Below are positions 31,786 to 44,700 of a DNA stretch of 49,262 nucleotides, one piece after another. Position 1 is the stretch's first letter. The number at the start of each line of letters is the position of its first letter. Below the pieces are notes generated by a model, which had not been told where the DNA came from, searched no databases, and saw only the letters and a program-made list of their open reading frames with translations. The DNA is from Rhizaria sp. SCN 62-66 (lineage: Eukaryota), in NCBI GenBank assembly GCA_001724265.1, contig MEDY01000216.1, positions 1 through 49,262 of the forward strand, given 5' to 3'. The position numbers and the translations under genes were made by a program.

Positions 31786-34700
31786 TTAAAGATCCTTGAC
31801 AATCGTCGCGGCTTCCTCGGCTGCGAGCGCGCGCACAATGCTCTCCGCCCTCTCGGCTGCCACCGCAGCCGCGGCTCCCCATCCCGCGTTGGCCGCTGCC
31901 TCACTCATTGCAAGCCGCGCGATATCGCGTGCAGACAGTCCTCGCGGCCGGAGCAGCCACGCCCGCGAATCCAGCCCCACCTCGCTCATAGCGCTCGAGT
32001 TGGCCCCCGACTGTGTCGCGACCGTGGCGCATCCGCCAGTGCGCAGCCAGTGCGTGAGCAGCGGCGCGAAGAGCCGCCACCGCAGCGTGCCGAGCCTGGC
32101 CGCCGCGCTCGCGTCCCCGCCCTCGCTGCCGCTACCCACGGTCACATCATGAGACGGGGGCGCTGCGACCGCGCCGGGAGCGGTGAGCGCGGCGACCCAT
32201 GCCCCAGCCCAATCCGCGAGGCACAGCGCGGCCTCCTCTTGGCTCCGCGCCGCCGCAGCGAGCGCGGCCGCCGCGCTCGCCGGGGTGGCCGCGTCGCCCG
32301 CGAGAGCGCGCGCGAGGGACGCGAAACTAAGCCGCGTCTCGAGCGCGGTGGCGAGCCGACCCGTTGCAACGTGGAGGTCGCTCAGGGCCTGGAGCTGGAG
32401 GGACAGCAGCGAGAACTCACTCGCTGTCGTTGTCGTGAGAGGAGTGGAGCTTGAGTTGGCGCTAATGGCGGCGGCAGCCGCAGCAGAGGGTAAAAGCTGT
32501 TGCGGCGACGGCAGCACAGACAGTGCACGCGCATAAAGACACTCCGCAGCAGCCTCAGCAGCGGCCTCAGCAGCCGCCCCGTCGCCCATTGTAGCCTCCG
32601 CAACCACTGCCTGCAGCTTCTGTGTCGATGACAACGCCGAACCGCCTGACTTGTTGCCGGCAACGGCCGCGGCTGCAGCAGCGGCAGCGGTGGCTGTGGC
32701 GCTGGCGCTTGCAGTGGCCGAGGCCGTGGTGGGGTGCAGGGAGGAGTATTCCTCGGCTGCCAGGAACGGCCGCTGCCACGACACGTACGCCCACGACGCG
32801 GGCACGCACAACCCCTGTGCCGCGCTCGCAGCGCCAGCGGCCGCGGCATCAGCCTCGGCGGCGGCGACAGCGGCGGCGTCGGCGTCGGGCTCGGACTCGG
32901 AGATTGCGCGCAGAAGAGGCACGATGGCGTGCGGCGCGGTGGCGAACAGGAGCTTGACGAGCGACTCGAACACGCCTGGGGCCTCGCCCGCACTTGCGCT
33001 CGCATCAGCGCCGTTGTTAGCGCTGCTCGCGCTGGTTGGGCTCTCGAGAAGCAGCGTCGCGGTGAGCGCCGCTGCGCCGGCGGGCAGCGCGGGCAGCAGC
33101 GCGCGCACGCCCGAGGACAGGTAGTGGTACGACGGCGCAAACGGGCACGGGTGCGGCGACGGCGGCTGCGCGGCGCGCCACGGCAGCTGCACCGCCCACG
33201 CACCGCTCGCAGTCGTTGGCGTCGCCGCAGAGCTGCTCGCAGCCGTAGCGCCAGTAACGCTGTCACTGGCCGAAGTGTACGTGGACAGGCGAGTGGAGTC
33301 AATCGCTGCAAAGAGCGGGCCCAGCGCCAGCGCGGCAGCGGCGGCGGCGAGCGCTGCGCGGGGCCTGGTGGCGACGGCGGCAGCAAAGGCGGCCGGGCAC
33401 AGGCGCGGCAGCGGCAGAGGCGGCGGCGAAGGCGAGCGCGAGTACGAGAGCGGGGACGGAGACGCGTTGCGCGAGTAGTAGCTGCTTGTGTAGCTGTCGA
33501 CTCCGTGGGTCTGATGCGACTGTGGCTGCGGATAAGGCTGCGAAAGAAGGGATAGTGTCGATTGGCCAGCGTAAGCTCCCTGAGCTTTGTTTCTCGACGA
33601 GAACTCGTCGATCGAGACACCAAACATGCTGCTCTCCCCGAGATTAACTCCGACGCCGCGCAGGCCCAGCGCGCCGGGGCCCTGTGCACTCGCGTGGCCG
33701 TGGGTGGACACAGCGTGACTGCACGCGCGGGACGCAGCAAGCGCCTGCAATGACGCAGGCTCAAAGCAGGAGAGCGCGTCCAGTGACAAAGTACTGAAAG
33801 CGTCCAAGTGTGCAATCTGTTGCTGATGCAGCTGCTGGTGCACGAAGCCTGCATCGCGCGCTGTAGCAGCGGCAGCTGTGTTATTCGCAGCAGTGGAAGT
33901 GCTAAGTGCAGTCGCTGCCGTGAGCGGCGCCGGCAACAGCGAGACCACATCGGCAACCATGCCCAGCCCTTCGCCCTCTCCGTCCTCGCACACAACGGCG
34001 CCAGACTGCGGCTGCAATCGAGAGCGTAGCGACTGCGAGCGCAGAGACCGCGCACCCGCAGCTGACAGAGCACGCAGCGACCGCGCGGAATCAAGCGCAC
34101 TCACAACAGCCGCAAACCACGGCTCCAGAGTGCGGCTTAACTTCGAGTAGCCCTCGGGCGGCGGGGCCGCGACGCCGCGACCGGGAGCGCGGCCGCTGGC
34201 AGCTGTCGTCGGCGAGAGTGACATCGCGAGAGCGCGCGCGCGGGAGAAAGACGTGGGCTGTGTGAGAGCGAGTAAGAGCAGCAGCAGGCGGGCAGCGGGA
34301 GGTAGAGCGGAGCCGACAGCGGTGGCGGTGTCCGAGCCAGAGTCAGCTGCAGCAGTGGAGGCCAAAAGCGCAACAGCAACAGCCGATGTCAAATTGACGC
34401 TGCCATCACTCTTGATGTTTGGAGACGCTTCGGTGTTGATCGCGGCAACAGCAGCTCCCCAGGCGCCCGCGCCCCGCATCGCCGCAGTTTGTGAGTGACT
34501 GTGAACTGCGGCGCCGCGTGTCGAAATGGCCCCCTGTGGTGCAGCCTGCGACAGAGGCAGCGAGCGGCCAAGCGCAGCAGCGACATCGCGCCACCGCGTC
34601 GCAAGTGCGCCCGCCCTCTCACCGGCAGCAGCGCTTGCGGAGCCGCTGGCAACAGGCAGTGAGCGCCGGCCACCGGCCTCCGCGTTCGTGGCCGCGAGAG

Positions 34701-37250
34701 CGAGCGCAAGCGCGGGGGCCGAGGGGCACAAGCACCAGCCCACGGGTCCCGGACCGTGGCCCTGACGTGGTTGGCCGATCCGGCTGCGGCGGCGCTGGCG
34801 GCGTCCGCGCGCGCGGTGCTGCTGCGGCGACGAGTGTGGGTGCGACATCGACTGCGAGCGCGACTGCGAATGTGAGTGCGTCAGCGCGAGCGTGAGCGGA
34901 CGCTGCGGCAACTGGGGCTGCAGCAGCGGAGGCCAAGCAAGACCGGAGAGCGGTGCACCCATCGCACCGACCCCAGCACGAGGGTGGGGTCCTGAGTGCT
35001 GCCACTGTTGTTGCTGCTGGATGTGTTGCTACAATTGCATCTGGAGCGGCAGCGATGCCCGCAGCGCACGCACCATAGCTGTCTCGAGCACTGAAGCGCC
35101 TGCACTTGCGGTGGCAGCATGACAAGGCGTGAGGAGCAGAACGTCCTGGCTGCCGCCCTTGGCCTGCAGCAGCGGCCGCAGCGGCGCGGCGTCAGCAACC
35201 ACTGACGCGGAGATAAGACCGCCGGTCGCGAGCGAGAACACCTTGACGACCGTGAGCACGGGCCGCGCGCGGCTGCAGCGGTGGCGACTGGCGCGCTTGC
35301 CGCGACTGTGCGCGGAGCCAGACGCCGCAGCAGCGATGGCGGCGGTGGGCTGATTCTCAACGCCGACCGTGTTGTCAGATGCGGGATCCTCATTGGTACC
35401 ATTGCCGTGACCTGAAGATGTGACCGAGCTATCTGCGGGGAAACGCGAGCAGCGGCAGACGCAGTCGGCGTGGGAGCCCACAGTCGGGCGCAAATGCGGG
35501 GGCAGCAGCAGCAGCGGTGACGCAAGCGACACGCGCGCAGTGGCGGCTTGTGCGGGCAAACGACAATAGACAGGACTCGCAGAAGCAAGAGCCAGCGCGG
35601 CGTCGCCGTCAACAAGGGCGCACCGACAAGGGCATGCGCAGGGAAAGCGATGACAGCCCGTGTCTGTGATGCTCTTGTTGCTGTTTGTGGGCGGGTACGA
35701 GAAGAGAGGTGCGCACACAACGGCGACACCCGCCGCAGGCAGCACCGACAGTGATGTGAGTGACGCGGCTGGGCTCGCGCCAGGAACGTCCAGGCTCGCA
35801 CTATCATGGAAAAGCGGGAGCGATGGGAACGACTGCAGAGCCCGTGCACGCGCGCTCGCACGCAAAGTGGTGACAGCCGCCTTCACGGAATGACCGTGGC
35901 TGTGCGCAGGGGCTACGGTAGCAACCTCACCGTACTGCACCAGTGTCGGAGGGGCTGGAACCGCAGCAGCCGTAGAAGCTGCGGGCCAGACGAGTGCCCA
36001 CGGTCCAGTTCCTGCACTTGCTTGAACAGGTGCGCTCGAGTGCGTGCTCATGGAAGACGGGGGCGCACACCACACCCTGTTCAGGGTCGACGCTGCGCCG
36101 GAAGTGAACGCTGAGGGCAGCGGAAGTGGGCGCGCACAAACACGCAAACCTGCATGTGGAGCCACAGTTTCACAGCTGTTATCGTCAGAACTTGCTTTAC
36201 CGCTGCTGCTGGCACTTAGAACGGCAACGATGTCTGCGCTCGACAGATAATACAAGCACGGGTCCCATCCGTCGCCCGCTGAGGGGGCGCCAACGCCTGA
36301 CGCGATTGCGTTCGCGTCGTTGAGCAGCAAGAACGCGCCGTGGCGGCCGGCCCACGCGCTCTGCAGCGGCCGCGGCATCGTGGCCAGCGCGGCGGCCGCG
36401 GGGGCGCGCGCCGGATTCCCCGGCAGCACGCACACCGCAGCGGATGCGGCGGGTGCGGCGGCGCTGCCCAAGAGCGAGAAGGGACACACGGGGATCGAGG
36501 TGACCAGAGCGCGCAGCGCCGCGCTCGCAGCAGCTGCCGCGCCCGCCGCCGCTGCCGTGGCAGCAGCAGCGTCGGCGTCGACCGTAGCGGTGGCGTCGGT
36601 GGATGTCGAAGGCGCATGGACGATGGGCGAGTGCGAGTGTGAGTGTGACAGAGTCAGCGACAGTGCAGGCGTCTGGAGCGGCGCTGGCGACAGCGCCTGC
36701 AGCTGAGCGTGGGCCGAAGATGACGACGACGACGATGCGTTGGCGCAAGCGAAATGAGTGCGCAAAACGAGGGACAGCGACAGCGGTGCCCGACTCACGG
36801 TCACGCCGCTGCCCCCAGTTGCTGCAGTTGAGTCCTCGCCGTCAGCGGCGTTGGGGCCGCAGGTGGGGCAGTAGTGGCAGGCGCGGAGCCGGGCCAGTGC
36901 GAGTGCCACGTCCTTGACCGCGCTTGCATCACCTGCGGCCGCGGCCGCAGCAGCAGCGGCAGCGTAGCCAGCACGCGCATTGGCAATGGCAGCACCTGTA
37001 GGCATGCCGGTGGGCGCCGCCGAGAGCGCCGATATGAAAGCGGTCGTGGCGGGGGCAGGGAAGGCCACCGGCATCGTAACAAGGCCCAGCTCCGCGCCCT
37101 TGCGCGCGGCTGCGGCGTCGGCCTCGCGGGCATTCACATCATCGTTAGCATTGGGCGCGGAGGCACTCGTGTGAGAGTTGGGGAGAGTAATGGGTGCGCT
37201 GCAGAGAATGCATGGCACCACGACTGCCGCTGCAGGCGCCGCGGTCGTGA

Positions 37251-37294
<44 letters not shown>

Positions 37295-40200
37295 GTCGTG
37301 GTGACCGTCGTAGTCGCGGCGCGCGGCTTAGCTTCAGGGATAGACGGCTTATCGAAATCGTCAAGCGACAGCGTGACTTCCTCGTCATCGCCAGCCTTGT
37401 CGTTCTTGCGCTTCGCGCCGCCAGCAGCCTTGTCTTTGTTGTTGGCCCCATTCTTGGCGCCAGCGGCCGCAGAGCCCTTGTTGGCGGGCGTGGTCGGCCC
37501 CTTGCCTCCTTTACCCGCAGCGGCCTTGCCTGCAGCGGCAGGCCCTTTGGCGCCCGCCGCAGAGGGCGCGGGGGGCGCGGGTGGCAGCTGTGTGACAACG
37601 ACCTGCCCCTTTACAGCGGGGGCAGCAGCGGCCTCGGCGGCGGCGGCGGCCTCGGCGGCAGCAGCCTCGGCGGCAGCCGCCGCAGCGGCAGCGCGGGCAG
37701 TGGCGGCATCAACTGCGGCTGCGACAGCAGTGTCGCTCGCAACAGCAGCCGCAACGGCGCGGGCAGCAGACGCGCGCAACAGCGCGCTCGTAGCCGCAAC
37801 ACCGCTCGCGGTCAGCACCGACACAGCAAGGGGAAGGGTGGTTGCGTGCACAGAGTAGGAAGGGCCGATGCACGATTGTAATTGCTCAGAATGACTCGTG
37901 GAGCTGGTTGCAGCCGATTGAACAGTGTATACGGCAATAGCCGTTGGCATCGTCTTGGCGGCCTCAGAGACTTCGCTCTCGTCACCAGTTGCAGGAGACG
38001 GAAGCAGCCAAGTTACCGCGCCCACGGAGGCGGCAACAGCAGTCGCCTGCGGTTGCGCGTCCGTGGAGGCTGTGGTTAGCGCCGCCGCAGATACTGGCAA
38101 AGACGTGGCGTCGGCCTCAGCCTCAATGCCAGAGCCTGACGCGGACTGAAACAGTCGCTGCACCGGGAGCGGCGCTTGTGCCTGGACCGTTTGAGGCTGC
38201 GGCGACGGCAAGGGCGACGTCGAAGGCAAAGGCAGAGCGCTTTGCGTGGAAGCGAGAGGACGCCAGCAGCGCATCTGCGACAGCCATAGATACTGCAGCA
38301 CAGTGCCGTCACTCAGTGTCACCAGCAGCAGCCGCGCCTCGCTCTCAGCAGCGCTCCCACAGTCACCCGCCCTGCTTTCGCTCACGCCACTGCTGCTCTC
38401 GCCATCGGCAGAGGCATCTGCTGGGATCGAAAACAGGCGCTGCGCGTCGCCAAGTAAGCGAGCGCACGACAGACTGGCCGACTGCGACTGGGACGGCGCC
38501 GGCGCGCGCGAGGCCGCGCAGGGGACCGCGATGAACGTCGCATCGACAATACGCACCGTACGTGCGTGTGCAGCGGCGACAGGGCGCGGCAGCAACAACA
38601 GGAAGTCATTCGCGCTCGTAGACACATTGCCGATACTGTTTGTGGCTGCGGTGTCCGTGGCAACCGTGGGCAGGAGCCAGTGCCCAACGAGTTGCTCGCA
38701 GTCATCCGCGCCACGGTCGCCGTCACTGCTGCGCGGCACGCAGTCTCCGCAGCCGCTCGTCGGCGACAGAAACCGGGCCAGAGCGGGGGCGGCGGCAGCA
38801 GCAGCAGCAGCTGCTGCAGCAGAGACAGAGCCGACGCCAGCAGACGCGGCGTGCGCGCTGTGCTGGAAGCGGCTGCTGCTGGAGTTAGCGGGCGTCAGCT
38901 CCCTCATAGAAGGTGTAAGGGGCGAGTACGGGCGCGGGCCCACCAGCACCGCGGCTGCGAGCCCGTGGCCCGCAACGACGACGGCGGAGTTGGTCGCGGC
39001 ATCACTGACGACCGCCGGCGCAGCGCTGCTGCTGTTGCAGTGAACAGCCGCGCTTGCAAAAGACTGCGAATGCGAATGCGCTAGCGCGAGGTGCGGGTGG
39101 GACAGCGTGTGCGACAGCGAGAGCCCGAACGCCGCCTTCGGAGCACCGGCGCCGGCGCCATTGTCGCAGTTGGCGCTGCCGCCGTTGCTGCCGGCGCGGC
39201 CAAGAGACGGGGCGCGTGCGAGCCCGCCGCTGTTGTTGAAGACGAGGGCGCCAACGATGTCGTCGCCGTTGTGAGCACCATCGGCGTCGACGTCGTCGTC
39301 GTCGTCGTCGCTGCCGGTGCTTTCGTCATCATTGTCGTCGGCGCCGTCGTCGTCGTCGTGATGGTCGGAGGCGTCGGTGTCGGTGTCGTTTTCGCTGGCG
39401 CCACTGCTCCTGTCGCTGCTGTCGGCGGCGCCGGCATCGGCATCATCGATATCGCGAGAGCGCCGCCGCGGCCGCCGCGGCCGCTGCTGCCGCTGCTGCC
39501 GCTGCTGCCGCTGCTGCTGCTGCTCATGGGCACTTCCTGAACACAGCGCCGCAGCAACCGCACGCGAGACGGCGTCCGTCTCCGCAGCCACGACCCCACT
39601 CGCACTGCTGTTGCTGGTGCTGCAACTGCTGCTGCTGCTGCTGTTATAAATGCTGCTGGTTGCGGTCAACGCGGTGCTGCAAGTGGCCGAAGACTGCGCG
39701 GCGCGTGCACAGGCGTGCGCCGACAGCAGCGCGGGCACGGACGGGTAGCACCGCGCCCGCACCGAGACGGAGCTCGATACAGACTGTGACTCTGACTGCG
39801 ATTCTGACGGTGAGTGCGACTGTGGTAGTGGCTGTGTGTGTGTGTGCGACGGCGCTGGCGTCGCGGCGGCCAGCGCGGCGGCGAACAGTGGCGAGAGCAG
39901 CACGGACGCCGCTGCGGTCGCGGGGGTAAGCGCGGACGGAAACGGCGCTCCGTCGGCCGCGCCCGACGCAGCAGCAGCCGCCGCGGCAGCCGCGGAGGCT
40001 GGGGAGGCTGCGGAGGCGTTTGCGGCTGAGGACGGAGTGAAGAGCGCGGGGAAAGGCACGGGCGTCAGAAGAGGGAAGTTCTGCTGTTGCTGGTAATGCA
40101 ACGCAGCGGAGCGTGCGTGCTCAGAGCGCGCGCCTGAACCTACAGCGCATGCAGCGCGTGCGGCGCCCGCAGAGGAGGCGGAGGCAGCAGAGGCAGAGGC

Positions 40201-40314
40201 TGAGAAGGTGGAGGACGAGAGAGGGGCCGAGGCAAACGGGGAAGGAAAGCGGTAGCCTGTTGATAAGCCGGAAGCGGGCGCGGCACCATAAAAAGCGTCG
40301 CGGCCGGCCGACAT
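31786..40314 (-). CDS. Giant hypothetical low-complexity protein (~2842 aa) with an internal in-frame TAG at 35031-35029
   Basis: ORFs 35029..40314 and 31786..34962 are in the same frame, separated only by a TAG and 22 sense codons, with no AT-rich spacer. Family not recognised. Ends in TAA. Confidence 0.65.
37250..37298 (-). repeat. (CGT)n trinucleotide tract encoding poly-Thr
   Basis: Near-perfect CGT run, read as ACG codons on the minus strand. Confidence 0.9.
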
Positions 40315-41799
40315 AGCGTGAATGAGCGGGTGTGGGTGACCAGGGGTGGGGGAAGTTGAGGAGAGGAATTCGAAGGCTCAATGCAGAGGCCTCGGCGGAT
40401 CCAACCTAAATCAGAAGATATACAGGTAGTAGAGAAGACACAATTAGAAAACAATGTCTCTGGGGTGCATTCAGTATCTGTGTTGCATGTAACAGGACTA
40501 TAGACGGATGATGTGTCTATAGACATCTTCACAAAGGCAGCGACGACGTTGCCTGCCTCAGTCTTGCACACGATCGTGGCACCTCGACAAATCCCTGCAC
40601 AGCCCCATGGCAAGGCGAGAATGCCATTAATGTGTGGCAGTCGGTCCTTCAACACAATTTTGAGCATTTTGTTAAATCGGTGCTGCTGGTGACGTCCGTG
40701 GTGTTGCTAAGCAATCGGTGGGAGGCACTTTCCTCGAACGGCCAGAAATCAGGGCATCGACAAAGCCTATTTGCCTTTGTATAGCGCGCCTGCATGTTGG
40801 CCTCGGAGAATACCTGCAAGGGTATGCCCGTAACGCGGTGTGTTCAATTCACATATGTTGACTTTCTTTGGTAAAACATTCAAATATGCGCCGTGCCCCT
40901 CCATGTATTGCCACAACTTGTTTGCTGCATCAAGCTCGATGTCATTATCAACTCATCTACGAGCATACCGTCGATACAAAAGAATGACTGCACCTATTCT
41001 CTCAATGCACCAATACATGCTACGTGTTATACGAAGTCATTTTTACTTAGGTGAATCATTCATATCCAACGCGGTCAAGAAAGCCAATGAGCTACGCTGG
41101 ACATTCGAGACACGCTCGATGATCAAGCGCAATACTAAACAAATCTACCATCGCTGAAATTCAAATATGGCAAGTGTGAGATGTTGGGGTACTTGAATCA
41201 AAATCTTGGTTTGCTTTAGCGCGCGATTATCTCGTGATGCTGGTGTGAATGTGCTCCTGAAACGACTGGTCGAGGACTCGAAATAGATCTTCAGACACGG
41301 ATTAGACTGACACAATAAACCCACGTTAAAATAAAACGCATATATGTAATATATTGCGCTGCAACCTAAAAGTTAATGGCGGTGGCTAACTTAGACTCAA
41401 GCGATAGTAAACTGAAATCACGACATTTGACACAAATGGTGTGGCTGCTCACGGTCGCCTCGTCGCCTTTCGCCACGAGACAGCATGAGATAAGAAAAAG
41501 CTGGCCCGGCGTCCATATCCGTTGAATACGGATACCATGTCTTTTGAGCCATTAACTATGTGTTTGATTGCGCGTTAAATTGTATCTCTAGTCTTGTTCG
41601 CCTTGCACTCACCACAAACAAGTCCTTGCCCTTCATGCTTTCCTACCAGAAACGTTGCCTCGTCGCTCGTGCATACCAGCATCCCTAGAACCACTGTTGC
41701 AGAGTGTTACTCACTGCGACAAGCAGAATTACATAGAATTGCATTTACTGTTACTAAACATCACCGTCAACAAAGTGGGACGCTTGCTTTCATTCCGCC

Positions 41800-44700
41800 A
41801 TGTCCCATAAATCAACCCCTGAGCGCGTGCCCCCCTCGGGACCTGTAATAGCGTCGTCTGTTAATCGCACGTCCACACCCACAGGCACTGCTGCAGTCCC
41901 CATGGACGTTTCTGCTCGCGTTCTCTACCCCGCCACAGCCGCCGCGCCGTCCCCCGCAGCGCGTCGCCCCGCCGCCCCCATCCAGGCGGCCTCGCTAGCC
42001 TCCTTCGCCCCCGCGCCGCTACTCACCAACGCTTTCGCGGCCGCCGTGGCCGCCGCTGCGGCCGCCGACGCCGCCGCGTCCCCCGTCGCCCCCGTCGTCA
42101 CCACACCTAGCAGTCTACGCCGCTCGGCGCTGACGGCGGCGAACGGCAGCCCCGCCACGGGCGAGGACGCGCAGCTGGCCAAGCGCCGCGCGCTGCGCCG
42201 GCAGTCTGGCGCGGCGCACGCGCTCTCGGCCAGCAAGGGCAGCCTCGGGCCCTCGCTGTCGTTCAGCTACAACGGCGCTGGCAGCAGCGCCGATGCGGGC
42301 GGCACCAGCAAGCTCGGCGGCGTCGGCAGCTTCAGCGGCGCGTCGCTGGTGCTCAACAACGCCGTCGTCGACGTCAGGCGCTTCGCCTCGCCCACCGCGG
42401 CCTCGGCCCGCGGCCGCGCCATGGACCTCGCGTCCTCCTCGTCGTCTTCCTCGTCGTCGTCATCCTCGTCGTCTTCAGGATCGGATAGCGAGGCCGAGGA
42501 CGCGGGTGGCGTCGCGGCGCGCAAGCCTGGTGCCGCGGCCTCCGACGCTATCTCGGGCGCGGGCAGCGGCAACAGCCCCCTTGATAAGTCGGTCGACGGC
42601 CGGCCGTCGCCCGCGCTCAGCAGCAATGTTACTACCGCGGCCGCCGGGATCAGTGCTCGCGCCGGCGCCGGCGCGCGTCCCCGCGCCTCGATCTCGGCTT
42701 CGGCCTCAGCGTCAGCCTCGGCGTCGGCGTCGCGCGCGCACCGCAACAGCCAGAGCCTCGGCCGCAGCAGCACCAGCCAGCAGCGTGACCGCAGCCGTAG
42801 CGGCAGCCGCAGCCACAGCCACGGACGCGGACACAGACACGGGCACGGACATGGACACCTCAAGACGCAGGCGACGCTGGCCTCGCTATCGAGCCTCAGC
42901 GCCGCGCTGCTGCCGCACCTGCCGCGGCCGCTGCAGCCGCCGTCGCGTATCCCGCGCTTCCGCGTGTCGGCGCACTGCCGCGCGGACCGGCTGGACCTGC
43001 CCGCCGTGCAGGCGCGCCTCAGGCTGGCCGTGCACACCGTTGAAATGCTCCAGGCCGCTGCGACAAGCAATGGCAACGGCAACAGCAACAGCGCCGCCAA
43101 CATGAACACCGACGCGAGAACGAGTGCTAATGCGAGTGCTAACAGCGGCGGCTTTGGCGTGAGCGGGCGGGCGGTGCTCCCGGTCATCTCCGCCGGCTCG
43201 CTCAACAGCAATGGCATCATCAACAGCCGCTCCGTTCCCGTCGCCGGCTCGGGCTCGTCGTGGTCAGCCACCAGCGACAGCGAGTCGTCCAACGCGCCCG
43301 CCTCCAGCTCCGCCATGCTCAACCTTTTCCCCAATCTTAACACCGGCAGCAGCGGCAGCGCGCCGCTCAAGGGCGCGGTCGTGACCAGCGACGCCGCCGC
43401 GCCGGTGGGCGACTGGGGCGCGGGGCTTGCGTACACGGCCAGCGGCAGCACGCTCGCCGCGCCCGCGAACCTCGCCAACGCGGGCAGCAACGGCCTCGGC
43501 CTCGAGCTGAGCGTGCACAGCGACGCGGTCGTGGTCGTTGGGGAGCAGGATCAGAAGCAGCAAATGCGCCTGCTCAACGCGCACAGCGCCGCGATCGCGT
43601 CCGCGCTGTTGGCCAGCAACACGCCCAAGGCGACGCGGCAGCAGAAGGAGAAGCAGCAGGCCGCGACTGCCGCCGCGGCCGCCGCCGCCATCGCGGCCTC
43701 CACGGCCTCGCTCTTTGCTGCCACCTCGGCCGCGCCCGCGGCCGCGCCTGGGCTGAGCGCCGCGGCGCAGGGCAACCACGGCTACAATCACAACAACTAC
43801 AGCCACCTGACCGGGTTTTCAAACGCCAACGCCAATGCGTACGCTGCGAACGCGAACGTGTACGCCGCGACTACGAGCATGTACGCCGGCATCCACGGCC
43901 ACAGCCACGGCCACTACGGCCAGTACACTGCGCCGGCGCTTATGCCTCCGCAGCTCAGCAACGCGCACGGGCCCGGCATGTACGCGTACAACGCGAACCA
44001 ACAGTTCCACGGTCACGGTCACGGACACGGTCATGGGCACAGCGGTGCGCCGCCCCAGCCGCCGGCGCCGCAGTCGGCCGTCGAGCAGGCCACCGCGGCG
44101 CTCGTGCGCGCCGTGTTGCCGCTACCGCCGCTGCTTGCGCTGGGCGTGGTGTCGCGACCGTCATCGAGCGGCGAGTGTCTGCTGTTCCAGCCGCTGTGGA
44201 ACCCGCACAAGTACGTGTTCCTGTTCCACTACGGTTGTGTCGTCTTCGTCAACTGCTCGCGCGCCGATGAGCGCACGCTGCTGCACTGGCTCGAGACACC
44301 CTTCGCTGACGTCCCGCTCCCGCCCGCCGCGCGCGCCGCCGCGCAGCACCTCGCTGTCGCCGTCGTCGTCGCCGCGGCCGGCGCGGCGGCTGCGGCGGCC
44401 GCGGCCGTCAGGAGCGACCCCGCGGCCGCCTGCGCTGCCGTTAACGCGGCTGCCGCGGACCTTGCCGCCGTGGCCGCGGAGCCCACCGCGACCGCGGGGC
44501 GCGCGCTCGCAGCCGCGGAGGAGCTGCTGACCGCGGCGACGGGCGCGGCGCGCACCGCCGCCGACGCCGCCGACGCCGCGGCCGCTGCAGCCGACGCCGC
44601 CGCGGTAGCCGCCGCGACCGTGGCCGCAGGTGGCGGCGTCGCGGCCGCTGCGATCACCGCGGCGACCTTCGCCACCGCGGGGCTCGCCGCTGCCGCCGCG

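Noticed and set aside
40140-40667. 175-aa minus-strand ORF upstream of the giant gene
   Set aside because: It overlaps the start of the main gene out of frame, has atypical composition and shows no recognisable motif.
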